NCBI GenBank assembly: GCA_963843555.1
Contig: CAWJKV010000014.1
Location: forward strand, 64,001 to 128,000
Reading direction: 5' to 3'
From: an uncultured Methanosarcinales archaeon
Lineage (GTDB): Archaea > Halobacteriota > Methanosarcinia > Methanotrichales > Methanotrichaceae
Length of the DNA: 64,000 nt
The stretch's first letter is position 1, and every line of letters starts with the position of its first letter. Below, piece after piece: positions 20,332 to 28,735 of the stretch. The notes under the pieces were generated by a model that had not been told where the DNA came from, did not search any database, and worked only from the letters and a program-made list of their open reading frames with translations. The translations under genes and the position numbers were made by a program.

Positions 20332-20844
20332 TGTCTATTCGTTCTCCGTATCTTTGAGGTCTGCTGTGACCATTAACATGAACAGCTTGATACATGAACT
20401 TTTCCAAAGACCTCAATGGATTATCCAGCGTCTATCCATCCCGTATCAAAATGTTCATCCACCGTATGTAATCGCCCCTGTCCTCCTGCAATCCCTGGAT
20501 CGAGATATTGACCCCTGGATTTAGCAATATTTCGATGAATGTTTTGCATGTGGAACTCGAATGCGGTTTTGTACTTCGATTCCAAAGCGGGCGAGGGAAA
20601 TCGGTGTCGCCCAGCTATCAGGGCATCTTTGAGCAAGAGACATGCCTGAACCGGTTATGCTGATCTTTTCAGCGGGCACTGCGTGGGGTTTATGCGCTGG
20701 CGGGTTCCGGCACCGGATTATGGCTCCCTTAGCTCTCTGGAGCGCCGGGAAGTCTTGGATAGATTGGCTCTTGCGGAAGATCGGTTAGTGATTGATCAGT
20801 TTCTTGTCTATCACATTCGTGCTTTTTTCCGGGGTGCCGCGAGT

Positions 20845-20966
20845 CGGCCTGCTGGCCTCCCGCGCTATGTTGAGGGCGCCCCTTCCCACCCGCGCGTTTC
20901 ACCGCGCGCGGCCTCCCGGCAGAAAAAGCAACAGTAGCAGATTCGATTCTTCCCAAATCGTATCCT
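20845..20966 (-). repeat. Dispersed GC-rich repeat, copy B (inverted relative to A)
   Basis: Reverse complement CGCGCGCGGTGAAACGCGCGGGTGGGAAGGGGCGCCCTCAAC; upstream flank also resembles copy A. Confidence 0.6.
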
Positions 20967-21219
20967 CGATAGTGAAATACGGAGTGGAGGGACGGAGACC
21001 GAATCATCATCATCCGTCCTGAAGTGGAGTTGGACGCGCGCGGTCTGCCCGCAAAGCCAGCAACGAGAGCAGATGGGTACAGAATGCAACCGACTCGATG
21101 CCGCAAGAGATATTTGGATGCAAAGAGATTGTATCTAAACGCTCCTCTGATCGATGATTTGCATACAGATGAAGCCTGTAAAAGTTCTTTAGCGGTATTC
21201 TCCTATTCTCTTATCTTTT

Positions 21220-21456
21220 TCATTTCTTCAATTTTTTAATTATTGCCAGTCGTGCTCCGCATTTGGCGCAGTCGCCACGCTTTATGTTGCCCTCCATCCT
21301 GATGTTTCTCATTCCGGCTTTGGTATCCTTGCAAACAGGGCAATGTGGTCTACCATGGGCTCTTACCCATTCATCCAGTTCGTCTTGATAGATCACCCAT
21401 TCACCTTCGATCTCAGCCCAGTTAAGATCAATTAATTCCGTCGTATGGATCACCAA
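21220..21456 (-). CDS. Small zinc-ribbon protein
   Basis: CPVC..CAKC. Confidence 0.65.
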   Translation of the reverse strand: MVIHTTELIDLNWAEIEGEWVIYQDELDEWVRAHGRPHCPVCKDTKAGMRNIRMEGNIKRGDCAKCGARLAIIKKLKK

Positions 21457-21881
21457 TCTCCGCCACTATCCCAACCGTCGCCTCCGAAGTCAGAACCTGA
21501 GTCATATCCCGAGTCATATCCTGAGTCATAATCAGAGTCATAACCGGAGTCAGATCCAGAATCATAGTCCGAGCCTGAATCGAAGAAATCTCCGTAGCTC
21601 GATTCACCACCAGAGCTGGATTCATAAAAGTCTCCGTAACTCGATTCGCCCCCTGAATCGGTTCCAAAAAAATCTTCGTAGGATGTTGTTCCTTGTGAAG
21701 ATTCTCCCTGCTCATCGGATGATGGCGAATTTGTATAATCCGACGAGCCAAAATCAATACCGCTATCCCCTTGAAAATCTGCAGTACTCCTTACGGTATC
21801 ATGCGGTTTTATGAAATAAAATGAGAGAGCAATTATTATCAGGATTGCTGCAATCAGGAGGATCTTATTTAATTTATTCAT
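21450..21881 (-). CDS. Membrane-anchored acidic low-complexity (D/S/G/Y) protein
   Basis: One N-terminal TM helix; 14-aa GGESSYGDF repeats and DSGY repeats. Confidence 0.65.
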   Translation of the reverse strand: MNKLNKILLIAAILIIIALSFYFIKPHDTVRSTADFQGDSGIDFGSSDYTNSPSSDEQGESSQGTTSYEDFFGTDSGGESSYGDFYESSSGGESSYGDFFDSGSDYDSGSDSGYDSDYDSGYDSGYDSGSDFGGDGWDSGGDW

Positions 21882-22149
21882 ATGGACAACCTTCAATATC
21901 AATAATTATTGAATCTCGTCAAGCTCTCGCAGTACCCAACCAGCAGGTGAAATCTATTAATATTTAATGGTATTATGAGCATATAAACTTTTTTTTGTGG
22001 AAGCAGTTTCTGCTCTTGCGAAGATATGCACCATAGCAGGAAAAAAAATGCCTTTGCGTAGCAAATGAATCCGATACAGATAGAACTGCAGGCTTTTTTA
22101 AAAGACATCGATCCCACTCTGCCGTACTTGACAAAACCTGGCTCAGCAA

Positions 22150-22244
22150 GGCCAATCCGAACATCAGCCGCTCACGCCCAATTCTCCAAGCCCGCCGGAG
22201 TTGACGATGCTCCGTTCTTCCCCCGTGCGCATCACCCCTGCAGG
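22150..22244 (-). repeat. Dispersed GC-rich repeat, copy D
   Basis: Reverse complement GGTGATGCGCACGGGGGAAGAACGGAGCATCGTCAACTCCGGCGGGCTTGG aligns with copy A. Confidence 0.55.
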
Positions 22245-22288
22245 AGATATATAGGAAAAATTTAAGAAGTTAGGGTGAGAATCATGGG

Positions 22289-23227
22289 ATGAGAATCATC
22301 TCGAAAGGAGTCTCCTCCATGATAAGCCCATCAAGGATTTCCAACCTCATCTTGCTACTTGTGTTGTCGCTGGCAACACAGAATTGCATCGGAATGGACT
22401 ACAGAGAAGAGAAGGACCATAGCATAGCGGAAGTTGAGAGAGTTCCCGTGGGAGATATCAACATCTCTTACAAAGTCCTGGGCCAGGGAGACCCGATAGT
22501 GCTGATCATGGGCTCCGGCTCAACGATGGATATGTGGGACCCTCGTTTCCTCGATAACCTCTCCTCCAAATACAAGGTAATAATATTCGACAACCGGGGC
22601 ATGGGAAATACCACAGCGCCACCAGGGAATTTTTCTATTGCACAGTTTGCCAATGACACCGCAGGCCTTATGGAAGCCCTGGGCATAGAAAAGGCGCATA
22701 TAATGGGCTGGTCCATGGGTTCGTTCGTGGCTCAGGAGCTGGCCATCCGCTACCCCGAAAGAGTGAATAAAATCATTCTATATGCAGGCGATTGCGGAGG
22801 AGAAGAGGCGGTCATGCCTTCCCCCCAGGTTCTAAAAGATCTAACCAATACCTCGGGTTCCCCGGAAGAGAGAGGCATGAGGCTATTCAACCTGCTCTTC
22901 CCAAAGGATTGGCTATCCGGGCAGCCGGCCTTCTATGAGTGGTTCCCAATACCCAAAGAGACATCACTTCCCGAGAATATCGAACGCCAGGCCCAGGCCA
23001 TTGCAACGTGGCCCGGCAGCTTCGACCGGCTCGGCTCGATAGAGTCTCCCGCCCTTGTAGTTACCGGCACAAAGGATGTCATAGCCCCTCCTGAAAATGC
23101 GTTTATTCTGGCCCAAAATATGAACGCCTCCTGGCTGGTCCAGTTCGAAGGGGCAGGCCACGGCCTGATGTATCAGTATCCTGATCGGCTTGCCAAGGTT
23201 GTCGCAGACTTTATCGAGCTGTCCTAG
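22289..23227 (+). CDS. Secreted alpha/beta hydrolase
   Basis: FDNRGMG, GWSMG nucleophile elbow, Asp (GTKD) and His (AGHG). Confidence 0.9.
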   Translation: MRIISKGVSSMISPSRISNLILLLVLSLATQNCIGMDYREEKDHSIAEVERVPVGDINISYKVLGQGDPIVLIMGSGSTMDMWDPRFLDNLSSKYKVIIFDNRGMGNTTAPPGNFSIAQFANDTAGLMEALGIEKAHIMGWSMGSFVAQELAIRYPERVNKIILYAGDCGGEEAVMPSPQVLKDLTNTSGSPEERGMRLFNLLFPKDWLSGQPAFYEWFPIPKETSLPENIERQAQAIATWPGSFDRLGSIESPALVVTGTKDVIAPPENAFILAQNMNASWLVQFEGAGHGLMYQYPDRLAKVVADFIELS

Positions 23228-23353
23228 GAAGAGATATATAGATGAGAAAGATTGTATTTAATAAGAGTTGCGGGTAACGCTGAACAGGAAGATTCTCTTT
23301 CGATCTGGATCGCAAGAAAAACTTATAACCCAAGCCACATATCCATCATAACA

Positions 23354-24010
23354 ATGAAGCGACTGACGGCTACGATCTCGGGCAGAGTGCAAAGAGTCGG
23401 CTACCGGGCCAAAGTGCTCTCCATGGCCCAGGAGCTGGGCCTGACGGGCTTTGTCCAGAACCGGCCTAATGGCCAGGTTCTCATAATCGCAGAGGGTAAC
23501 ATGGCGAATTTGGAGAGATTGGCCTCTGCAATACAGATCAAAAATGCCCTCATCGACGTGCAGAGCGTTGAATCTGAGTTCACAAATGGATCTGGTGCCT
23601 ACTCAAGCTTCCGCAAGGTGACAGGTCCAGAAGAGGTGGGTGAGCGACTCGACGATGGCATAGAAATATTGAAGGAATTGGTCGTGGGCGTCAGGGAGAT
23701 AGCAACTAGCGTGAATAATCTTACCGCGATAACTGTCAAAGGCTTTGGGGATTTAAATGGAAAGATGGATCAGATGCTTGGCAAACAGGATCAGATGATC
23801 GATAAGCAGGATCAGATGATCGATAAGCAGGATCAGATGATCGATAAGCAGGATCAAATGCTGGATAAGCAGGATTCAACCATTGGAGAAATCCAGGGAT
23901 TGAGGGTTGACATGAAGAGCCATCTGGATCAAAGGTTTGATCGTATCGAGGATTATCTCTCCGAGCCAAAAGAGCGGAATACTGCCTTCAGGGAAAAAGG
24001 TACCGGCTAA
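23354..24010 (+). CDS. Acylphosphatase with DQMIDKQ heptad repeats (paralog 3)
   Basis: GRVQRVGYR..GFVQNRPNG; start ATG 23354. Confidence 0.88.
   Translation: MKRLTATISGRVQRVGYRAKVLSMAQELGLTGFVQNRPNGQVLIIAEGNMANLERLASAIQIKNALIDVQSVESEFTNGSGAYSSFRKVTGPEEVGERLDDGIEILKELVVGVREIATSVNNLTAITVKGFGDLNGKMDQMLGKQDQMIDKQDQMIDKQDQMIDKQDQMLDKQDSTIGEIQGLRVDMKSHLDQRFDRIEDYLSEPKERNTAFREKGTG
23768..23872 (+). repeat. 21-bp intragenic tandem repeat x5
   Basis: GATCAGATGATCGATAAGCAG; three perfect and two variant units. Confidence 0.9.
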
Positions 24011-24397
24011 TGAGAACTGATAGGCGAGGGGCCGCAAAATATTGAGGAAGCATTTTCCGATTCAGGCGTCTCTCTCTTTCCAGGAAGAGATAGTTGAGAA
24101 CATGCGCAGTATGCGCGTCGTCGGTGCGAGGGAGGAATCCGAGCCATATCCCACCCACCCGGCCTCCCTGACGTGGATAAGGCTATGCCTCTGGAAGAAT
24201 GCCTGGATTGCTTCTGGCAAAAGGGAAGTCGGCTTGATTCTCTGGAAATAAATCCTAGAAGACCGGAGGTGGAGAACTCAGTCTTAAAACGGCTCGGAGA
24301 TGCACCGTTCACTATCCGTCAGGCCAATTTAGCCGTCTTGCTATCAAAGGCTTATGACATAGCCAGTTGCTCCGCGCTCCAGAAGGCAGAAGGTTAA
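24010..24397 (+). pseudogene. Hypothetical gene, 5' part disrupted
   Basis: ORF 24173-24397 frame extends upstream through one TGA towards an ATG at 24010. Confidence 0.35.
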
Positions 24398-24528
24398 TAC
24401 AAAACAGCAACCTTCCAATTGCCAACAGGCTATAAATAGTTCGAAAACCAACTTTGTATGTATCTGTATCTAACCAAACCAAAAAGCTCAATTATCGACC
24501 ACAAGCCAAAAAAAAAGGAGAGTATGAT

Positions 24529-25224
24529 ATGGGTTTCTTAGATCGTATGAGCACAGTTGTGCAGGCAAAGATGAATAAGATCATGGACAGGATCGAAGAC
24601 CCCAGGGAGACCCTGGATGTGTCCTACGAAAAGCAGCTCCAGCTTTTGCAGAATGTCAAGAGAGGCGTCGCCGAGGTCACCACCTCCAAGAAGAGAATCG
24701 AGCTGCAAAAGGCCAAGCTGCAGATGAGCATCGACAAGCTGGACTCCCAGGCAAAAGAGGCCATCCAGGCGGACCGCGAGGACCTGGCAAGAAAGGCTTT
24801 GGAAAACAAAGCCCTCCTGATAGCCCAATCTAACGCACTGGACCAGCAGATCGCAGACCTGAACGAACAGCAGCAGAAGCTGATGGCCGCTGAGAGCCGC
24901 CTGGCAACGAAGGTGGAGGCCTTCCGCACCAAGAAGGAGACCATCAAGGCTCAGTACTCGGCAGCCGACGCCCAGGTCAAGATTACGGAGTCTGTGACGG
25001 GCATCAGCGAAGAGATGGCCGACGTGGGCATGGCCGTCCAGAGGGCGGAAGAGAAGACCGAGAACATGAAAGCCCGCTCCGCAGCCTTGGACGAGCTACT
25101 GGAATCTGGAACTCTGACCGACCTCTCAGGTGGCGACGAGATCGAGAACGAACTGGCCAAGGTCAAGGCCAAGAGCACCGTTGAAGATGAGCTTGCCAAA
25201 ATGAAGGCGGAGATGAAGAAATGA
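24529..25224 (+). CDS. pspA: PspA/IM30 family protein
   Basis: MGFLDRM..EDPRETL..REDLARKAL..ARSAALDEL; SD GGAG upstream. Confidence 0.92.
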   Translation: MGFLDRMSTVVQAKMNKIMDRIEDPRETLDVSYEKQLQLLQNVKRGVAEVTTSKKRIELQKAKLQMSIDKLDSQAKEAIQADREDLARKALENKALLIAQSNALDQQIADLNEQQQKLMAAESRLATKVEAFRTKKETIKAQYSAADAQVKITESVTGISEEMADVGMAVQRAEEKTENMKARSAALDELLESGTLTDLSGGDEIENELAKVKAKSTVEDELAKMKAEMKK

Positions 25225-25499
25225 TTGTCAGGATCCTGGGAGAGGGTCAGTTCCGGCTGGATGACAATCAGATCAACAGGGTCAACAAGATCGACAATCA
25301 GATAGTTGAACACGTCCAAAAGAGCAATAAGGCCGAGTTTCGCCGGGATCTGGCCAACCTGATCTCCACAGTCAAAGAGCTGGGCGAACCCCTTGACCCG
25401 GTCGATATCATTCCTTCGGACATAATCATCCCTCCAGAGGACCTCTCCCTTGAGGAGGCCAGGAAGGTCTTTTGCGAGGAAGGCTTGATCAAGGGCTAG
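25221..25499 (+). CDS. PspA-associated protein (PspAA-like)
   Basis: MIVRILGEGQF..SDIIIPP.D.SLEEA..EGLI; ATGA overlap with pspA. Confidence 0.8.
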   Translation: MIVRILGEGQFRLDDNQINRVNKIDNQIVEHVQKSNKAEFRRDLANLISTVKELGEPLDPVDIIPSDIIIPPEDLSLEEARKVFCEEGLIKG

Positions 25500-25558
25500 A
25501 AAGACCTGGCCGGGCGAAATCCGGGCCCCTAATTTTTTATTCTCTATTTTGGATGATA

Positions 25559-26122
25559 TTATGAATACTCTCTTTTTTCCTTCATCTGCTCCATAAAGGA
25601 CCGCCATTTTCTGGCGTCTTCAACCTTTTTCCTGATCATCTCTTCCTGAGCTTCCGATTTATTTCTATTTTTCAGGAGATCCTTCAGATCCAGAATCGCC
25701 CTGATTATTCCTGTGGTTTCTTCATGAATCCGCTTTGCCTCACCGTGAGTCAATTTCATTTCCTTCAGCAGGTTCTCATCATATCTCTCTTTCGACCCGA
25801 TAACATGAATCAACTCCTCTATCTCTGATCTCTCTTTCTCGGTAAGGTCCGTCTTATGTATCAACGTCCAGATGAGCGCTTGAAGATCCACTGTTCCATT
25901 TTTTATGTGCACTTCAGGCGGCTGATCCTTTTCCGTAAGACCGTGCTCCTCCATCTCCTTGCTAAGTACGTCTCTGTCCACATTGATATTCTCAGGAATC
26001 TTCACACCCACCCATGCACAGGCCAGATGCAGATCAGACAGCAAGCACTTGCGCTCCTCCTCTGTGAGATAGGCGCCAATATCTTCTGAGATATCCTCTA
26101 CAATATTTCTTCTGCCAGTCAT
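25559..26122 (-). CDS. Conserved archaeal hypothetical protein (DUF5788-like)
   Basis: WVGVKIPE..GIIRAILDL..EDARKW; last gene of the Dsr cassette. Confidence 0.7.
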   Translation of the reverse strand: MTGRRNIVEDISEDIGAYLTEEERKCLLSDLHLACAWVGVKIPENINVDRDVLSKEMEEHGLTEKDQPPEVHIKNGTVDLQALIWTLIHKTDLTEKERSEIEELIHVIGSKERYDENLLKEMKLTHGEAKRIHEETTGIIRAILDLKDLLKNRNKSEAQEEMIRKKVEDARKWRSFMEQMKEKREYS

Positions 26123-26135
26123 ATCAGGTTCCTGC

Positions 26136-26435
26136 TTAGAATGTATAGATTCGACTGCCCTCTGAAATCATTTCCTCCATCAGGAGCTCGTAGAAGTTCT
26201 CGAGAATGGTAGCTTTCTCCCCTGCCTGCACTCCTCTTGCCTCCAGGTCCTCCTTGCAGGCCAGAATCCTATCTCGTGGTAGGGTTCCGAGAGTCTCCTC
26301 CTCAAGCAAATTGTAGACCCCGTCTCCGGCCATGTACAGAACCCCATTTTCCGCCAGCCTCATGAGATGGAGACACAGCTCCGTTCGGTCACTATGGGGC
26401 GGCTTGGTCAAAAGGAAGATCTCTTTTTTCTCCAT
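26136..26435 (-). CDS. DsrH/TusB-like protein
   Basis: GDGVY..CKEDLEARGV. Confidence 0.85.
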   Translation of the reverse strand: MEKKEIFLLTKPPHSDRTELCLHLMRLAENGVLYMAGDGVYNLLEEETLGTLPRDRILACKEDLEARGVQAGEKATILENFYELLMEEMISEGSRIYTF

Positions 26436-26462
26436 TGCTTCACCTGTTATACTTCGCCTGTA

Positions 26463-26804
26463 TTACAGCATTATGATGCAGTCCGCTGCCTTAATCCGAT
26501 CCATGAATGCGTCCTCATCCATAAGCTCCACCCTCTCGATCAGACCCTGGTTCATAAGGCCTCTCTTTGCCAGGGAAGGCTCGTGAGCCAGGACCCGTAT
26601 CTCCGGGTAGGCATAAATCATGTCGGAAAGGTTCGGCACTCCCAGAGCCCTGCTCTCCTGGCCGGCCAGAGCGAGGAAGACGCCCTCTGCATAAAGACCC
26701 AGAGTCACATCCATCTTGAGGCTCACTGCTGCCAAATTTAGCACTCCGTAGGCCTTCTCGCTGCCATAGGGCGCACTGTCAAGGAGATAGAAGACGGATC
26801 TCAT
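26463..26804 (-). CDS. DsrF/TusC-like protein
   Basis: SAPYGSE..EGVFLALAGQ..SLAKRGL. Confidence 0.85.
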   Translation of the reverse strand: MRSVFYLLDSAPYGSEKAYGVLNLAAVSLKMDVTLGLYAEGVFLALAGQESRALGVPNLSDMIYAYPEIRVLAHEPSLAKRGLMNQGLIERVELMDEDAFMDRIKAADCIIML

Positions 26805-26822
26805 CTCGACCTCATCCCGACC

Positions 26823-27191
26823 TCATCCCGAAAGAGCAATTACCCTGTCGCTCTCTTTCAGCATCTCGGCCAGATCGTAGAGGCTCGTGATCTTTATCCC
26901 CGGGTGATAATCCGGGCAAATGCCGTTCTCTTTTCCCTGGTAGCCTCTGGCTGCAGCACACCTGGCACAGGCCCTGACCACAGCTCCCTTCCCGGCCAGC
27001 TCCTGAAATAGCAGGCCCGCATTTCCAAAAAGGGAGGGTTTCTGCCCGAGCTTTGGTATATGCACCGCATCCAGGTAAAGAAATATATTCACCTCGCATC
27101 TTTTCAGAGCAACTGATGCGATCTTGTAGGCCATCTCCGCATATTCTGAGATGTAGGGACCGTCCGTGAGGATGATAGTCAGCGTCTTCAT
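26823..27191 (-). CDS. DsrE/TusD-like sulfurtransferase (intact)
   Basis: DGPY..FLYLDAV..ACARCAAARG..LAEMLKESDRVI. Confidence 0.88.
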   Translation of the reverse strand: MKTLTIILTDGPYISEYAEMAYKIASVALKRCEVNIFLYLDAVHIPKLGQKPSLFGNAGLLFQELAGKGAVVRACARCAAARGYQGKENGICPDYHPGIKITSLYDLAEMLKESDRVIALSG

Positions 27192-27214
27192 GACAAGAGC
27201 CACTCCTTACTCCC

Positions 27215-28021
27215 TCAAAGGTATTCGAGCAATGCCCGGATGTGTTCCAGATTAGTTGTATATCTGGCCTCCAGCAGCGGAGTGCATCTGTCCAGAGCCG
27301 TCTCCCTTCCTACCAGCTTTATGGCGAAAGCGTAGCAGCTCTGCTCTCCACAGATCTGGCAATCGGTCTTGGGAAGATATTGGTAGATCTCGGCATGGTC
27401 TACTTTGATCTTCTCTCTGGGAACAGGAGTCACACCTTTGACTATGGCCTCGTTGATGGTCCTCTTCAAATCCTCTAAAGTCTCACGGGCTTCTGCCTCA
27501 CTCCTGATCATGGTCATGGTAACGCTGCCAGTGGAATAGATAGTGATGAGGACATTTCCCTTCTGGATGATCAGAGCTCCAATCTTCTCCGAGTATCTGG
27601 CCCGCGGAAACAGAGGCTCCAGGAGATTGAGGGCACCGCCAAGAGGAGGCTCAAAGCGGGCGATTATCCTGAACTTAGTGCTATCGGCTATGCAGGGCAA
27701 GAGCTGGCGCAACTCGACGACTTCCAGGGGCTTTGTACCTGCCAGGTCCTTCTTTACCTCTGCCGGCTTATCGACCTTGGTTTCCATAAAGTTCTTTCCA
27801 AAATCGGTTAGGACTACAGCATCTTCCTTTATCTCAATCAAGCCAGCCTGCTGCAGCATTTGCAGGTGATAGTCCAGCATGGAGCCTCCTGCAGCCTGCT
27901 CGACCTCTTCTCTTGTTCTATCCTTTTCCACCAGCGCGGCCATGATCTTTCTTCTCGTGGCATTGGCCATGGCATTGCTCACGAGCTTGACATCTGTCTG
28001 TCCTCCAACCATACTGTCCAC
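27215..28021 (-). CDS. ArsR-type HTH + TBP-like + Fe-S binding domain protein (copy 2)
   Basis: Highly similar to 3575-4372; LPKTDCQICGEQSCYAFA; start may be ATG 28012. Confidence 0.82.
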   Translation of the reverse strand: MDSMVGGQTDVKLVSNAMANATRRKIMAALVEKDRTREEVEQAAGGSMLDYHLQMLQQAGLIEIKEDAVVLTDFGKNFMETKVDKPAEVKKDLAGTKPLEVVELRQLLPCIADSTKFRIIARFEPPLGGALNLLEPLFPRARYSEKIGALIIQKGNVLITIYSTGSVTMTMIRSEAEARETLEDLKRTINEAIVKGVTPVPREKIKVDHAEIYQYLPKTDCQICGEQSCYAFAIKLVGRETALDRCTPLLEARYTTNLEHIRALLEYL

Positions 28022-28068
28022 CCGGGTTTACAAATCAATCTTGAAAGAGCGCTCTTTTCCTCATAGCA

Positions 28069-28530
28069 TCATTTTATCTTCAACAGACGGGCCAAATTGA
28101 CCATATCCATAACTGCCCCATCCGAGATCCTGTAAAAGCACCATTTCCCTTGCTTTCTCTCCTTTATCAGGCCTGCGTCCTCAAGTATGGATAGATTATG
28201 GGATATGGAGGACTGCGGTTTTTTGAGAGCCAGCATTATCTCACAAACGCAAAGCTCCCCTCCAGTCAGAAGTTTGAGAATCTTGAGCCTGGTTGCATCT
28301 GCTGCAGCCTTAAAGACCTTTATCTCGGTGGTTAGTTCATCTTCATCCATATTTTTTACTTGTGAGCATACATGAAGACATCGCTCTCTAGCTATGCTAC
28401 CATCACCATAAAGCCGGAGAAGGGTTCTTTCTGCTTCACAGCAAGCGCCTTCGTCCTGGCAGGATTCCTTTGCTCCTCCCGGCAATCTTTTGCGAGGGAT
28501 TACTGGCATTTCCTTATCCACCAATAGCAC
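28069..28530 (-). CDS. ArsR/SmtB family metalloregulator with Cys-rich N-terminus
   Basis: ELCVCEI, QSSISHNL; N-terminal SCQDEGACC. Confidence 0.9.
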   Translation of the reverse strand: MLLVDKEMPVIPRKRLPGGAKESCQDEGACCEAERTLLRLYGDGSIARERCLHVCSQVKNMDEDELTTEIKVFKAAADATRLKILKLLTGGELCVCEIMLALKKPQSSISHNLSILEDAGLIKERKQGKWCFYRISDGAVMDMVNLARLLKIK

Positions 28531-28564
28531 AGCCTAAGAGAGCGATTATTGATTCAACAGGTAG

Positions 28565-28600
28565 TCAATCCATTTAATCAATCCATTTATTCATATATAA
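28565..28600 (-). promoter_or_regulatory. TATA box plus 12-bp direct repeat (TAAATGGATTGA x2)
   Basis: TCAATCCATTTA at 28565 and 28578; minus-strand TTATATAT at 28593-28600. Confidence 0.55.
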
Positions 28601-28735
28601 GGATTTCTTGATTCGAAGTGAAATCGCTTCGTTTCGACTCAATTGTCGAGTGGGGCATGCATTATAGTAGTGGGGTCCCATCAGTATTCTATAAATGAAC
28701 TGACTTTGGGTAAACTACAGTTTCGAGGTTGAACT

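Noticed and set aside
20331..20640. Pyrrolysine TAG read-through ORF upstream of the antitoxin
   Set aside because: No recognisable homology, no clear start, and no pyl genes in the window.
20868..20915. Group II intron domain V or HDV-like ribozyme in repeat copy B
   Set aside because: Superficial GCGGTGAAA similarity only; no AGC triad with AC bulge, no P1 partner for an HDV fold, and no reverse transcriptase nearby.
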